A stretch of 64,000 nucleotides of DNA, taken from the NCBI GenBank assembly GCA_965216875.1, contig OZ244207.1, positions 6,720,001 to 6,784,000 on the forward strand, given 5' to 3'. Origin of the DNA: Rubripirellula sp. Lineage in GTDB: Bacteria; Planctomycetota; Planctomycetia; Pirellulales; Pirellulaceae. A model generated the notes under the pieces. It was given only the letters and a program-made list of their open reading frames with translations. It had not been told where the DNA came from and did not search any database. Both the position numbers and the translations under genes were made by a program. Position 1 is the stretch's first letter. Each line of letters begins with the position of its first letter. Of this stretch, positions 1-9,736 are shown in pieces.

Positions 1-1
1 G

Positions 2-160
2 CTCTACGGTGTGCTCAACGGTTGGGATGCTGAGAAGTCGACGCAATTTGGTTGGGCAACGGGCGCATTGGCCGCCACGATGTACACCGACTACGGCCAA
101 CCCGCCGACGAAGACCAAGTGTGGAGCATTTGGAAAGGCAACGCCCGCGTCAAACGGTAA
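2..160 (+). CDS. C-terminal end of a PfkB-family sugar kinase (2-keto-3-deoxygluconate kinase-like), 5'-truncated by the window
   Basis: Manual translation from nt 2: LYGVLNGWDAEKSTQFGWATGALAATMYTDYGQPADEDQVWSIWKGNARVKR*, resembling KdgK C-termini; TAA at 158-160. Confidence 0.65.
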   Translation, partial: LYGVLNGWDAEKSTQFGWATGALAATMYTDYGQPADEDQVWSIWKGNARVKR

Positions 161-180
161 GTTGGTTTGGGGTGTATTCA

Positions 181-262
181 CCGTAGCTACGCTCGCCAGA
201 GCGTGGGGAGGTGGAGATGTTGTTTGTTAGCACATCCCACCTTCTAGCGAAGGTAGCTACGG
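181..262. repeat. Inverted REP doublet, family A (GTAG-CT-ACGCTC-GCCA-GAGCGT-GG)
   Basis: 181-207 CCGTAGCTACGCTCGCCAGAGCGTGGG; inverted copy at 236-262 reads CCGTAGCTACCTTCGCTAGAAGGTGGG on the minus strand. Confidence 0.85.
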
Positions 263-328
263 CGTCTGCCGGCGGAAATGCACAAAGTTCCGCCCAACGC
301 CTCCGCGCCCAGCGGCTACAATCGTCGC

Positions 329-904
329 ATGTCCGAAACACGCCACGACATGGACGAAACGCTGCAGATCGAAACAAGCATCGCTCGACTTAATTCGGGC
401 GATGCATCGGTTCGAGGCGAATTGCTTAACGTCGCTTGCACTCGTTTGATGCAGCTGACGGCCGAGATCAAGCAAGAGTTTGATCAGGCAGACAAGGCAG
501 CTTCGAAAAACCTTGACGATGTTTTCGCAGGTGTTTCGTCGCGGCTCTACGAAGCATTGCACGATGTTTCGATTCGTGATGAGCGGCACTTTTATCAGTT
601 GGCTGCTCGCCAGATCCGGCTGGAATTGATTGATCTTTGCAGCCAAGTCGAACTGGCCGACGATTCGGAGTTGGGAAGTTTGATTCGCTTCCACCGAGCG
701 GTTGATGATCTACCCGCCGAGTTGCGGGAGGTGTTCGAGCTCGTTTGGTATCACGATCTGTCGATCGATGAAGCGGCTCGAATCACCCAGCAGAGCGAAT
801 CTGAGCTGCGTCGACTTTGGCGAGCCGCGCGGTTGGGTCTGCACGAGCGACTTGTTGACGATGAGGAAGACGACGCAAGCGAGCCAAGCTTTGAGGTAGG
901 TTAG
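329..904 (+). CDS. ECF-type RNA polymerase sigma factor (planctomycete kinase-associated type), divergent
   Basis: Sigma2-like DDVF...RLYEAL...RHFYQLAARQIRLELIDL; sigma4 LPAELREVFELVWYHDLSIDEAARI; directly upstream of a kinase; ATG 329 preferred to 278. Confidence 0.8.
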   Translation: MSETRHDMDETLQIETSIARLNSGDASVRGELLNVACTRLMQLTAEIKQEFDQADKAASKNLDDVFAGVSSRLYEALHDVSIRDERHFYQLAARQIRLELIDLCSQVELADDSELGSLIRFHRAVDDLPAELREVFELVWYHDLSIDEAARITQQSESELRRLWRAARLGLHERLVDDEEDDASEPSFEVG

Positions 905-982
905 CATCCCCTCAGGTGGCCGGTTATTCTAGAAGGGTGGTGCCAAACAACTCCCCTCCTCTACTTCCCCCAGCTCTTGGCC

Positions 983-3277
983 ATGAGCCAGTCGCCCCAT
1001 TCCGATGAAACGTCGGAGCTTGATGAGAATCAAGCCGCTTCGGCAGACCAACCCAGTTCGATTGATGACGATCAGGATCGTCAGATTGACGAGTTGGTCG
1101 AGCAAGTCGAATTGACCCATGAGTCGCCCGACTTCATTTGCAAAGACAACCCTGAGTTGGTTGCGGAGGTTCGGCGACGAGTCGCTGCGCTCCATTCGAT
1201 CGATAAGCAACTTGCCAAGCGAAAGCGGAAACGCTCGGGCCGAATCAAGGCGGTCGACTTCGGCACCTTTGTCAAGCAAATGGAGTTTGTTGACCGCGGT
1301 GGATTGGGTGAAGTCTACGTTGGCAAAGATGAACAATTGCGCCGCCGGGTCGCAATCAAGTTCATGCACAAGAGACATTGTGGCGAACCATCGCGTCGCA
1401 GCCAATTCAAACTTGAAGCAGAGATCACTGGTCGGTTAGAGCATCCAGGCGTCGTGCCAATCTATGGTTGTGGTGGTACCAAGGACGAACGCCCTTTTTA
1501 CGCGATGCGGTACATCGAAGGTCGTTCGATGGATCAAGCGATCAAAGACTATTACAAACGTCTCGATGAAGAGGGCGGCACGCATTCTTCGCACGCGCAC
1601 GGTGCAAAGGAAACGAGTGAGTTGACGCTCGAGTTTCGACACCTGCTCTCAAGTTTTGTTTCCGTTTGCAATACGATCGCCTATGCACACGACCGCGGTG
1701 TTGTGCATCGAGACATCAAACCGGCCAACATCATGATTGGTCGTTTCGGCGAAACCTTGGTGGTCGATTGGGGACTTGCTGTTCCCGTGATGCGCGAAGA
1801 GCGGTTTCGCAAGAGTGGCGAAGAGACACTCATGTCATCCAGCGGCGCTGGCCGCACGAGTACCGGTTCGGGACGCGGCGCAGGGACGCCCGCTTTCATG
1901 AGTCCAGAACAGTTTTCGGAACTCGATCCCACGCCAGCCTGCGACGTCTACAGTTTGGGTGCGACTTTGTTCGCAATCCTCGCTGGAAAGCCTCCGATCC
2001 GCAGTAGTTCCTTTTCGGACATTCGAACGGACCGGCTCGAAGGCAAGCTGCCGGACCTCAACCAATTGCGCAAGGGAGTTCCGAAGCAATTGCAAGCGAT
2101 CGCGCACAAAGCGATGCAGCGCGAGGCCAAGGATCGGTATGCGACGGCGCTCGATTTGGCCAACGATGTCGAACGTTTCTTGGCTGACGAACCGGTCGCG
2201 GCTTACGAGGATACCGTCGGATTGAAAGTGGCGCGTTTGGCGCGTCGCCATCGGTACGCCGCTCAAACTGCAGTGCTCGGTCTTGCGTTGTGTTTCTTGG
2301 TCGCGGGGCTGAGCGCATTTTGGATTCAGATCCAACGGTCAAACGCTAACGCACTGCGCGACCGTAACCTTTCCACGTCCGCAACTTTCATCGCTCGAGC
2401 CTGTGGTTACGAAATCGATCGGGTTTGGCGCGTATTGGAGTTTGAAGCTCAGTCACCCCAATTGATTCAATTCGTCAAAGCGGCCAACGCCGCGGTCGAC
2501 CAAGGCGAAAAACTGAGTGTCGAAAGCCAACGGGAGTTTCAGTACTACTTGGATTCTCGCCTCAAGCAACAGGGCAACGTCGAGACGGTCACGAAGATCT
2601 TTGTGCTGACGCAAGGCGGTACTCAGGCGGCTCGAGTGCCTGAGGCGAAAGAGCCGCAGATTGGCGAAAACTTTGCCTTTCGTGATTACTACACGGGGCT
2701 TGGATTCGATTTAGACAAAGTAGCGGACGCACGGTTTGTTGGCCAAATCAAGGAACCGCTTCAAGGGCCGCGAACCTACGAAGGGCAAGTGCACATCACG
2801 TCGGCATACCTGTCCTCTCAGGTTGATGAGCACTACCTGAAGTTGACGTTGACGTTGCCGATTCGTGAAGTCGTTGATGGTGAAGAACGGTTCATCGGCG
2901 TGATCGGCACGTCGATCACGGCTGGCGATTTGATCTGGGCAACGCGTATCACGGACGAAAATGCACTGACGTGGATTGCCGACCTACGCGAAGATTCGAT
3001 TGACTCAAGTGGTCGGCGACGACGTGGCGTGATTCTTCATTCGCCCGAATCGCAAGACGCCGGTCCTCAACAGGAACCGGAACGGTTACCCAATGACTTG
3101 GTCGAGGAGTTGCGTGCGGGCAACTATGCGATGGGCAATGAACTTGCCGACGACTGGATCCATGGCACCAAGGGCGTGGAGGGGCATCTTTCGATTCAGC
3201 CGGTCAGGATCAGTGGACGATCCGCAGACCCGTTTGATGTCGGTTGGGTAGTGATCACCGCCGAAGCGTCGCAGTGA
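983..3277 (+). CDS. Membrane Ser/Thr protein kinase with C-terminal Cache-like extracytoplasmic domain
   Basis: RGGLGEV, VAIK, HRDIKPAN, DWG and GTPAFMSPEQ motifs; one TM (AVLGLALCFLVAGLSAFWI); NFAFRDYY...ITSAYLS...LTLPI...FIGVIG pattern typical of dCache. Confidence 0.9.
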   Translation: MSQSPHSDETSELDENQAASADQPSSIDDDQDRQIDELVEQVELTHESPDFICKDNPELVAEVRRRVAALHSIDKQLAKRKRKRSGRIKAVDFGTFVKQMEFVDRGGLGEVYVGKDEQLRRRVAIKFMHKRHCGEPSRRSQFKLEAEITGRLEHPGVVPIYGCGGTKDERPFYAMRYIEGRSMDQAIKDYYKRLDEEGGTHSSHAHGAKETSELTLEFRHLLSSFVSVCNTIAYAHDRGVVHRDIKPANIMIGRFGETLVVDWGLAVPVMREERFRKSGEETLMSSSGAGRTSTGSGRGAGTPAFMSPEQFSELDPTPACDVYSLGATLFAILAGKPPIRSSSFSDIRTDRLEGKLPDLNQLRKGVPKQLQAIAHKAMQREAKDRYATALDLANDVERFLADEPVAAYEDTVGLKVARLARRHRYAAQTAVLGLALCFLVAGLSAFWIQIQRSNANALRDRNLSTSATFIARACGYEIDRVWRVLEFEAQSPQLIQFVKAANAAVDQGEKLSVESQREFQYYLDSRLKQQGNVETVTKIFVLTQGGTQAARVPEAKEPQIGENFAFRDYYTGLGFDLDKVADARFVGQIKEPLQGPRTYEGQVHITSAYLSSQVDEHYLKLTLTLPIREVVDGEERFIGVIGTSITAGDLIWATRITDENALTWIADLREDSIDSSGRRRRGVILHSPESQDAGPQQEPERLPNDLVEELRAGNYAMGNELADDWIHGTKGVEGHLSIQPVRISGRSADPFDVGWVVITAEASQ

Positions 3278-3306
3278 GCACTGGCGATGCGAAACGTCAC
3301 TCGCCC

Positions 3307-3447
3307 GTGAGCCGTTGGCCGTCAGGCCCTTGTGCATGTTAGAGCGTTCAAGGAAAGGCCCGGCCGCTCGCGCGAGTCCCGACTAACAGGAGGGTGAATT
3401 AACAGTAGACGTGGTGATCGGTGGGTGTCATGCGGAGCATGACCTAC
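3307..3447. repeat. REP mosaic: GTGAGCCG-type doublet (3307-3387) plus family D copy (3427-3447, minus)
   Basis: GTGAGCCGTTGGCCGTCAGGCCC...GGCCCGGCCGCTCGCGCGAGTCCCGACTAAC; GTCATGCGGAGCATGACCTAC. Confidence 0.8.
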
Positions 3448-5205
3448 TTATTCTTCGGGGCCAGTGAGTTCGAGAACCGGTTCACCCCACTCGGCGGCAA
3501 ACGTTTTTTCGCAGTGATTGCAGTTCACGTCCGTTCCAAGCAGTGCGTCGTCGACCACTTCGGCTTCATCGCACTCATCACATTTCACACGGACGTGTCC
3601 TTCGGTGTCGGCCATCGCAGCTAGGTGCGCTTGCATGATGCCCGCGACTTCGATGTCTTCCGCCTCGAGTGTGGTTAGTAGCTCGTGCGTGACATCCGAC
3701 ACCTCGGCCAGTCGATTCGCCAGACGTCTGACGCTTCGTTCGAAACTGTTGCGAGCGGTGCGTCCGTTTCCGAAGTGGCGATCGCGATTCGCATACAGGT
3801 AAGTGAATCCACGCAGTAGTCTGCGTCGCGATTGTGTGGGGAGTTGGTACTTCGCTTTGCCCGCGATCAACTCAAAGATCCGGCAAAGGGCCTCGGGGCC
3901 GTAGTCATCAAAGTGCATCGTCGTGCCAACGCGGGAACTGAGCCCCGGGTTGCTGCGAATCATTTTTTGCATCTCGTTGGGATAGCCGGCAAGGATCACG
4001 ACCAATTGATCGCGCTGGTCTTCCATTCGCTTGAGCAGCGTTTGCACGGCTTCGCGTCCGTATTGGTCCTGGCCGCTTTCATCGATCAACGTGTACGCCT
4101 CGTCGATAAACAGAACTCCATCAAGCGCTTCGTCGATCTTAGCATTCGTCTTGGGGCCGGTTTGCCCGGCGTATTCGGCAACCAATCCGCTACGATCGGT
4201 TTCGACCAAGTGACCTTTTTTGAGGATGCCGAGGGCGCCATAGATCTCGGCAACGATGCGTGCGACGGTCGTCTTTCCCGTACCTGGATTTCCGACAAAG
4301 GCCATGTGCAAACTCGGACGCGTTGTCGGCAGGCCCGCTTCTTCACGCTGCCGTTCCAACTTTAGGAAGTTGGTCAGTGTGTCGATTTGATCCTTGATCC
4401 CCTCGAGTCCAATCAGTCGATCGAGTTGGCCACGGGCATCGGCAAGACGCTGAGCGGGCGTGCGATTGTCCTCTGGCGTTGCCTCTTCTTTTTCGGGTGC
4501 GCCTTTCTCTTTCGGAGCGTTTGCGGAACCGCCGGGGCCAGCGATCGGTGTTGGTTTTTCAGCCGCCGAGGGTCCGACGCCTTCGCGGAGTCGTTTGGCT
4601 TCATCGCGGAGCCAGTTGAGTGCGTCCCGTGCGTTGTTGGTGTCCGTTTCACTGGCCAACTGTTCCGGTGCACGGCCCGCGAGATCATCAAACTGAGCCT
4701 GCATCGCTGTCAGGTTTTGGTTGTCCGCGACACTGACGTTTCCATCGACGCGCGCAAGTAGGTTTGCCATTCGCATTGCGAGTGTTTCGAGTTCGCCCCA
4801 GCGGTCGCGAAGGGTTGGTAGTTCCGCAAACGGTCGCACCAAATCCGACCATTCGAATTCGGTCGAGGCTGAGATCAACCACTCCACTGCTTCGTGCAAT
4901 TGGCTGCCCATGACCGACTTGCCCCAGATGTGTTCGAGCAGGACACGACCGAGTTGGCGTTGTTCGAGCGTGCGTGCGCTGACATCGGGAACGACAGCGG
5001 CGAATACCTTCATCAGAAAACCTTGATGAAGATCATTCATCTGCTCGGCGATCGAAGCGGCGTCGGCCGGCTCTTCGCCCGAGAGCCAACCGTACGATCC
5101 GCGAACGAGCTGCCCACTTTCGATGTAGAGCGCCTGTGTTTGTTTGAGGGTCTCGCGATACAGGCGAATCGATTCAATGATTTGGTCGTCGGATGGTCGA
5201 GGCAT
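3448..5205 (-). CDS. CbbX/SpoVK-family AAA+ ATPase with N-terminal helical domain and C-terminal zinc ribbon
   Basis: HMAFVGNPGTGKTT (Walker A), VLFIDEAY (Walker B), NPGLSSR, FGNGRTARN; C-terminal CDEC...CNHC. Confidence 0.88.
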   Translation of the reverse strand: MPRPSDDQIIESIRLYRETLKQTQALYIESGQLVRGSYGWLSGEEPADAASIAEQMNDLHQGFLMKVFAAVVPDVSARTLEQRQLGRVLLEHIWGKSVMGSQLHEAVEWLISASTEFEWSDLVRPFAELPTLRDRWGELETLAMRMANLLARVDGNVSVADNQNLTAMQAQFDDLAGRAPEQLASETDTNNARDALNWLRDEAKRLREGVGPSAAEKPTPIAGPGGSANAPKEKGAPEKEEATPEDNRTPAQRLADARGQLDRLIGLEGIKDQIDTLTNFLKLERQREEAGLPTTRPSLHMAFVGNPGTGKTTVARIVAEIYGALGILKKGHLVETDRSGLVAEYAGQTGPKTNAKIDEALDGVLFIDEAYTLIDESGQDQYGREAVQTLLKRMEDQRDQLVVILAGYPNEMQKMIRSNPGLSSRVGTTMHFDDYGPEALCRIFELIAGKAKYQLPTQSRRRLLRGFTYLYANRDRHFGNGRTARNSFERSVRRLANRLAEVSDVTHELLTTLEAEDIEVAGIMQAHLAAMADTEGHVRVKCDECDEAEVVDDALLGTDVNCNHCEKTFAAEWGEPVLELTGPEE

Positions 5206-5321
5206 GACGAGATCGCGAAGGCTGGTGAGCAGTTTGGGTGAAGGATAAAGCTTAACAGGTTCGAAAAGAGAACAAATTGGGCGCGCTGTGGTTCCTTGCG
5301 GTCGACCACTGCGACTGATTC

Positions 5322-5478
5322 GTGAGCCGAACGCGCTAGCGTCGGGCCCGACGCGAACGAATTCGGCAGATCAGCCGCAGAGCGATAGCTCGCGGTTTTC
5401 GTATGAGGGCAGGATTCAGGAACCGCATGCTATCGCGCCGCGGATCACGGATCAGGTGTCATGCGCAGCATGACCTAC
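5322..5478. repeat. REP mosaic: family B (5322-5348), a related inverted doublet (~5369-5449) and family D (5458-5478, minus)
   Basis: GTGAGCCGAACGCGCTAGCGTCGGGCC; CAGCCGCAGAGCGATAGCTCGCGGTT...AACCGCATGCTATCGCGCCGCGGATCAC; GTCATGCGCAGCATGACCTAC. Confidence 0.8.
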
Positions 5479-5493
5479 AAGCGGCCTGTCCTA

Positions 5494-6144
5494 TCACGCG
5501 ATGCTCTCTTTCCACGCGTCGGCGAGTTGCGGAAGGTTCATCAGTTCGATGGTTGCGAGCCGATCGACTTTGCGGCCAAACAGCACATCGTTGGCCCGAG
5601 CGACCGACCAGTCGGGATTGGGACGCTCGACCAACTTCATTTCGTTGCCCGGCTCGATCGCCCCTTCGGCAAGGATTCGCAAGTACCAACCGGTGCGGCC
5701 CGTTTGGGCGACAAGCTTGGTCATCGTCTTGACGCCCCATCGCCGCGCGATTTTCCAACACGGTTGTCGTGGTTGGCTCACTTCGACCTCGCAGTCACCG
5801 ATGCGATAGCGGTCGCCAACGCAGACCGTCGTTTCGTCGGCTCCAGCGATCGTGAGGTTTTCGCCGAGTCCACCGGGCCCGATTTTATCGGCCAATTCGG
5901 GCAGTTCGTCGCGCCAAGCTGCGTAATGACTCGCCGCATAGCAAAGGACCGCCTTGTCGATTCCGCCGTGATGTTTGGTGTCGGCGACCGCATCGCCAGC
6001 CAATCCAAGCTTGGTCAACTGCTGCGGTCCGTCGATGGGCGTCTTGTAGAAACCGGTCGTCCAAAATCGCTTGGTGACGTCTCGATTCTCGCGGTCTCCC
6101 TCGCTACGAACGGTGCCGATTTGGATGCTTTCGATGGTGATCAT
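5494..6144 (-). CDS. MOSC domain protein with 3-alpha domain (YiiM-like)
   Basis: GDAVADTKHHGGIDKAV, GENLT, VSQPRQPCWKI, TGRTGWYLRIL; ATG 6144. Confidence 0.9.
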   Translation of the reverse strand: MITIESIQIGTVRSEGDRENRDVTKRFWTTGFYKTPIDGPQQLTKLGLAGDAVADTKHHGGIDKAVLCYAASHYAAWRDELPELADKIGPGGLGENLTIAGADETTVCVGDRYRIGDCEVEVSQPRQPCWKIARRWGVKTMTKLVAQTGRTGWYLRILAEGAIEPGNEMKLVERPNPDWSVARANDVLFGRKVDRLATIELMNLPQLADAWKESIA

Positions 6145-6312
6145 TGGTGGCCGGACATCGCCCTCAAAGTGTCGTCGCAAGGTGTTGTCATTTAACGACT
6201 TGCGACGACGCTAAAGAGGCCTTGGGTCGTTGTGAAGGAAAGGTGAATCGGGTAGAATTCGGGTTTGCTTTTCAGCTGAAAAGAACGAGCAACTTCATCT
6301 TAGGACACGACG

Positions 6313-9078
6313 TTGGCAGACGACAACGACATCAACCAAGACGGGACCAATCCAGGCGGCGGTGGCGACGATGGAGGTGACGACGCGACGCGTCTGATCG
6401 ACCTGCCAATCGAAGACGAGTTGCGAGACAGCTATCTGACCTATGCGATGAGCGTGATCGTCAGTCGTGCTCTGCCGGATGTCCGTGATGGCTTGAAACC
6501 ATCGCAGCGACGCATCTTGGTTGCAATGAATGACCTGAGTCTCGGCCCGGGCAGCAAACGCGTTAAATGCGCGAAAATCTCAGGGGACACTTCGGGTAAC
6601 TATCACCCTCACGGTGAAAGTGTGATTTACCCGACGCTCGTTCGTATGGCGCAAGAATGGAACATGCGCCGCTTGCTGATCGACAAGCAAGGTAACTTTG
6701 GCAGTATCGCTGGTTTGCCACCGGCTGCGATGCGATACACCGAAGCACGGCTAAGCGCAGTGTCGGCTTCGATGCTTGACGACATCAAGCTCGACACGGT
6801 TGACTTCATTCCGACGTACGACGAAGCGCGTACCGAACCAACGGTCTTGCCAAGCAAGTTTCCAAACCTGTTGGTCAACGGTTCGGGCGGGATTGCGGTC
6901 GGGATGGCAACAAGTATCCCGCCTCACAACCCGACTGAAATCTGTGATGCGTTGATCAAGCTGATCGACGAACCGGAAACCACAACCGAACAACTCTTCG
7001 ATATCGTTCCCGGTCCTGACTTCCCAACCGGCGGCATCATTTGCGGACGGGCTGGAATTCGCCGTGGCTATTTGACTGGCCGAAGCACGATTGTGTTGCG
7101 AGCCAAGTGCGCGATCGAAGACATGCCAGGCAATCGCTCGCGGATCATCGTTAGCGAAATCCCCTACCAGCAAACGCGCGACGGTGTGGTCAAAAAGATC
7201 GCCGAGCTGGTCAATGGCGACCGAATCAAAGGTATCTCGGGGATTCGCGACGAGAGCGACTTGAAGGAACCGGTTCGTTTGGTGATCGAACTCAAGCGAA
7301 GCGAAGACCCGCACGTCATTCTGAACCAGCTCTACCAGTTCTCGCCGCTGCAAACGACCTTCTCCATCATCTTCTTGGCACTCGTTGACGGAAAACCGCG
7401 CGAGTTGACGCTCAAAGAGATGTTGATGGAGTTCATCCGTCATCGCGTCACGGTCATTCGTCGCCGCACGCAGTTCTTGCTCAACCGTGCACGGCGACGC
7501 AAGCACACGGTCGAAGGTTTGCTGCTTGCACTGGCCGACATCGATGAAATCATTCAAACGATTCGCGAAAGTCGCACGTCGCAAGAAGCGAAGCAACGCT
7601 TGATGGGGATCGAGTGCCCATCATCGATGATGCAGCGAGCACTTGGCGACGAAGGTTTCCAGCAATTCGTGCTTGAGCGAGGCGAATCGGATACGTACAC
7701 CCTGACGAGTGTCCAGTCGGACGAAATCTTGAAGATGCGTTTGAGCCAGTTGGTTGGTCTCGAGCAAGAAAAGCTTTCGAACGAACACCGCGAGTTGTTG
7801 GCAGAAATCGCCGACTATCTCGACATCCTGGCTGACCAGGCTCGAATCTACTCCATCATCAAGGAAGACCTCGAAGAGGTTAAGCGTCGTTTTGGTGACA
7901 AGCGTCGCACTGAAATCAGCTTCGAAGAAGTCGGCAACATCGACCTCGAAGACCTGATCACCGAAGAAACGATGGTCGTTTCGATCAGCCACCAAGGCTA
8001 CATCAAGCGAACCGCGTCGAGCGTTTACAACACCCAGCGCCGCGGCGGCAAGGGACTCAAGGGCGCCAAGACGGACGAAGAGGATCCGATCGAACACCTC
8101 TTTGTTGCCAGCACGCACGCCTACCTGTTGTTCTTGACGACCGCAGGTAAAGTGCATTGGCAAAAGGTTTACGATTTGCCTCAGTTGCCGCGTGACAGCA
8201 AGGGACGCGCGATCGTCAACTTGTTGAACCTTGGCGAAGACGAAAAGATCGCTGAGTGTTTGGCGATTCGCGACTTCGACCAAGAAGGCCACTACGTCGT
8301 GATGGCGACGCGCAGCGGCTTGGTCAAGAAAACGCCACTCGAGCAGTACAGCCGTCCAAAGAAAGGCGGCATCATTGCGATCAAGTTGCGTGAAGGTGAT
8401 GAGCTTGTCGATGCCGCAATGGTCGGTCCTGGTGACGAAGTGATTCTGGTCACGGCAGCCGGTATGGCAATTCGATTCCGCGAATCTGATTCGCGACCGA
8501 TGGGTCGAAACACGTCGGGCGTGAAAGGCATCAGCCTGGTCGGTGACGATCGTGTTGTCGGAATGGTTGTCGCTCAGCCCGGCGCGACGCTGCTCACGAT
8601 TTGCGAAAACGGTTACGGCAAGCGAACGCCCTTCGGTCCCAATGCAATCGAAGGCGATGCCGAGGCAGGAGAAGACGAAGGCTCGTCGAGCGCTCGGTAC
8701 CGAACACAAAACCGTGGCGGCAAAGGTCTTCGCGACATCCGCACAAGCGAGCGAAACGGCCAAGTCGTTGGCATCGCACGCGTCACCGATGACGACGAAA
8801 TTTTCATGATGACCGCGAAGGGAAAGATCCAGCGAATCGCCGCTGGTGACATTTCGGTGATCGGTCGAAACACCCAAGGCGTTCGCATCATGAACGTCGA
8901 TGAGGGTGACAGCGTCGTCGCAGTCGTCCGCGTTCCCCCTGAAGAGGCTTCCGAGGAAGAAGCTGTCACCGTCGATGCCACCGCCGTCGCGCCAGCCGGC
9001 GAATCCGCTTCGGATGCCGCTGCCGAGCCGCAGGCCGAAGGGGATGCAGACGCCGACAGCGAAACAACCGACGAGTAG
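6313..9078 (+). CDS. gyrA: DNA gyrase subunit A
   Basis: [26 protein letters not shown] (catalytic Tyr), GyrA-box QRRGGKG, beta-pinwheel repeats, acidic tail; TTG start after AGGA. Confidence 0.98.
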   Translation: MADDNDINQDGTNPGGGGDDGGDDATRLIDLPIEDELRDSYLTYAMSVIVSRALPDVRDGLKPSQRRILVAMNDLSLGPGSKRVKCAKISGDTSGNYHPHGESVIYPTLVRMAQEWNMRRLLIDKQGNFGSIAGLPPAAMRYTEARLSAVSASMLDDIKLDTVDFIPTYDEARTEPTVLPSKFPNLLVNGSGGIAVGMATSIPPHNPTEICDALIKLIDEPETTTEQLFDIVPGPDFPTGGIICGRAGIRRGYLTGRSTIVLRAKCAIEDMPGNRSRIIVSEIPYQQTRDGVVKKIAELVNGDRIKGISGIRDESDLKEPVRLVIELKRSEDPHVILNQLYQFSPLQTTFSIIFLALVDGKPRELTLKEMLMEFIRHRVTVIRRRTQFLLNRARRRKHTVEGLLLALADIDEIIQTIRESRTSQEAKQRLMGIECPSSMMQRALGDEGFQQFVLERGESDTYTLTSVQSDEILKMRLSQLVGLEQEKLSNEHRELLAEIADYLDILADQARIYSIIKEDLEEVKRRFGDKRRTEISFEEVGNIDLEDLITEETMVVSISHQGYIKRTASSVYNTQRRGGKGLKGAKTDEEDPIEHLFVASTHAYLLFLTTAGKVHWQKVYDLPQLPRDSKGRAIVNLLNLGEDEKIAECLAIRDFDQEGHYVVMATRSGLVKKTPLEQYSRPKKGGIIAIKLREGDELVDAAMVGPGDEVILVTAAGMAIRFRESDSRPMGRNTSGVKGISLVGDDRVVGMVVAQPGATLLTICENGYGKRTPFGPNAIEGDAEAGEDEGSSSARYRTQNRGGKGLRDIRTSERNGQVVGIARVTDDDEIFMMTAKGKIQRIAAGDISVIGRNTQGVRIMNVDEGDSVVAVVRVPPEEASEEEAVTVDATAVAPAGESASDAAAEPQAEGDADADSETTDE

Positions 9079-9101
9079 TCGCAAAGCGGTCGTAGCATTT
9101 T

Positions 9102-9200
9102 GTAGGTCATGCTGTGCATGACACCTGCAGAAAGTCCCACGGGGCATGGCCTTTCGTGCGATCCTCGGATTGCCACAAAAAACACGAAAAGGCACAAAAA
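9102..9200 (+). repeat. REP family D (9102-9122) and A-rich family H repeat (9172-9200)
   Basis: GTAGGTCATGCTGTGCATGAC; GCCACAAAAAACACGAAAAGGCACAAAAA. Confidence 0.75.
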
Positions 9201-9306
9201 GCGTGTTCAGACGCCTGCATGGTTTGGTGGCTTTCCGCGAAGTGCTTCGTTGCTTTGGAGGAGGGTGCGGGGTGCGCGGTTGCCGACCGCGATACGCGAT
9301 CCAAGA

Positions 9307-9654
9307 TCAGTCTTTTTGTGGCGTCGACTTGGCGTCTGTTCGAGCGCCCAGTTTTCCCCATAGACCGCATTTAGATTCGTTCTGCTCGGAATTAACAGGC
9401 TCGGTCAGAAACTTGACTTCGCCACTTTCCATTAAGACGTGTGCCCCACCTCGATGCCTTGGGAACTCGTCAAGTTTCTTGACCTGGGGCGAATCAGAAA
9501 AGAGCATGGTGAGTGCGGCGGCTGTTAGCACGCAAGCGAGACCAAAGCCCACAATCCATGTGACGGGTGAGCGGAGGATTCCGCGCTTGGCCCCGGGCGC
9601 AGTTTCAGCGGGCGTCGAATAGGGATCCGCGATTCGGTTATCGTTGGAGTGCAT
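9307..9654 (-). CDS. Small membrane protein carrying the H-X9-DG (DUF1559 C-terminal) motif
   Basis: One TM, then RHRGGAHVLMESGEVKFL...GLWGKLGAR. Confidence 0.7.
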   Translation of the reverse strand: MHSNDNRIADPYSTPAETAPGAKRGILRSPVTWIVGFGLACVLTAAALTMLFSDSPQVKKLDEFPRHRGGAHVLMESGEVKFLTEPVNSEQNESKCGLWGKLGARTDAKSTPQKD

Positions 9655-9736
9655 AGCGCGGGCCTCGGAATGGAAAGTTCTTTGGCGGCAGGTCGCGGCG
9701 GGCTCTAGTGACCGCAGGTGTGATGCAGTTGATGTG

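Noticed and set aside
3448..5205. Rubisco activase CbbX or type VII secretion EccA
   Set aside because: No Rubisco, ESX or WXG100 genes nearby, and the flanking domains differ
7621..9195. 524-aa antisense ORF (also 6751-7596)
   Set aside because: Shadow of gyrA caused by codon bias; no protein motifs
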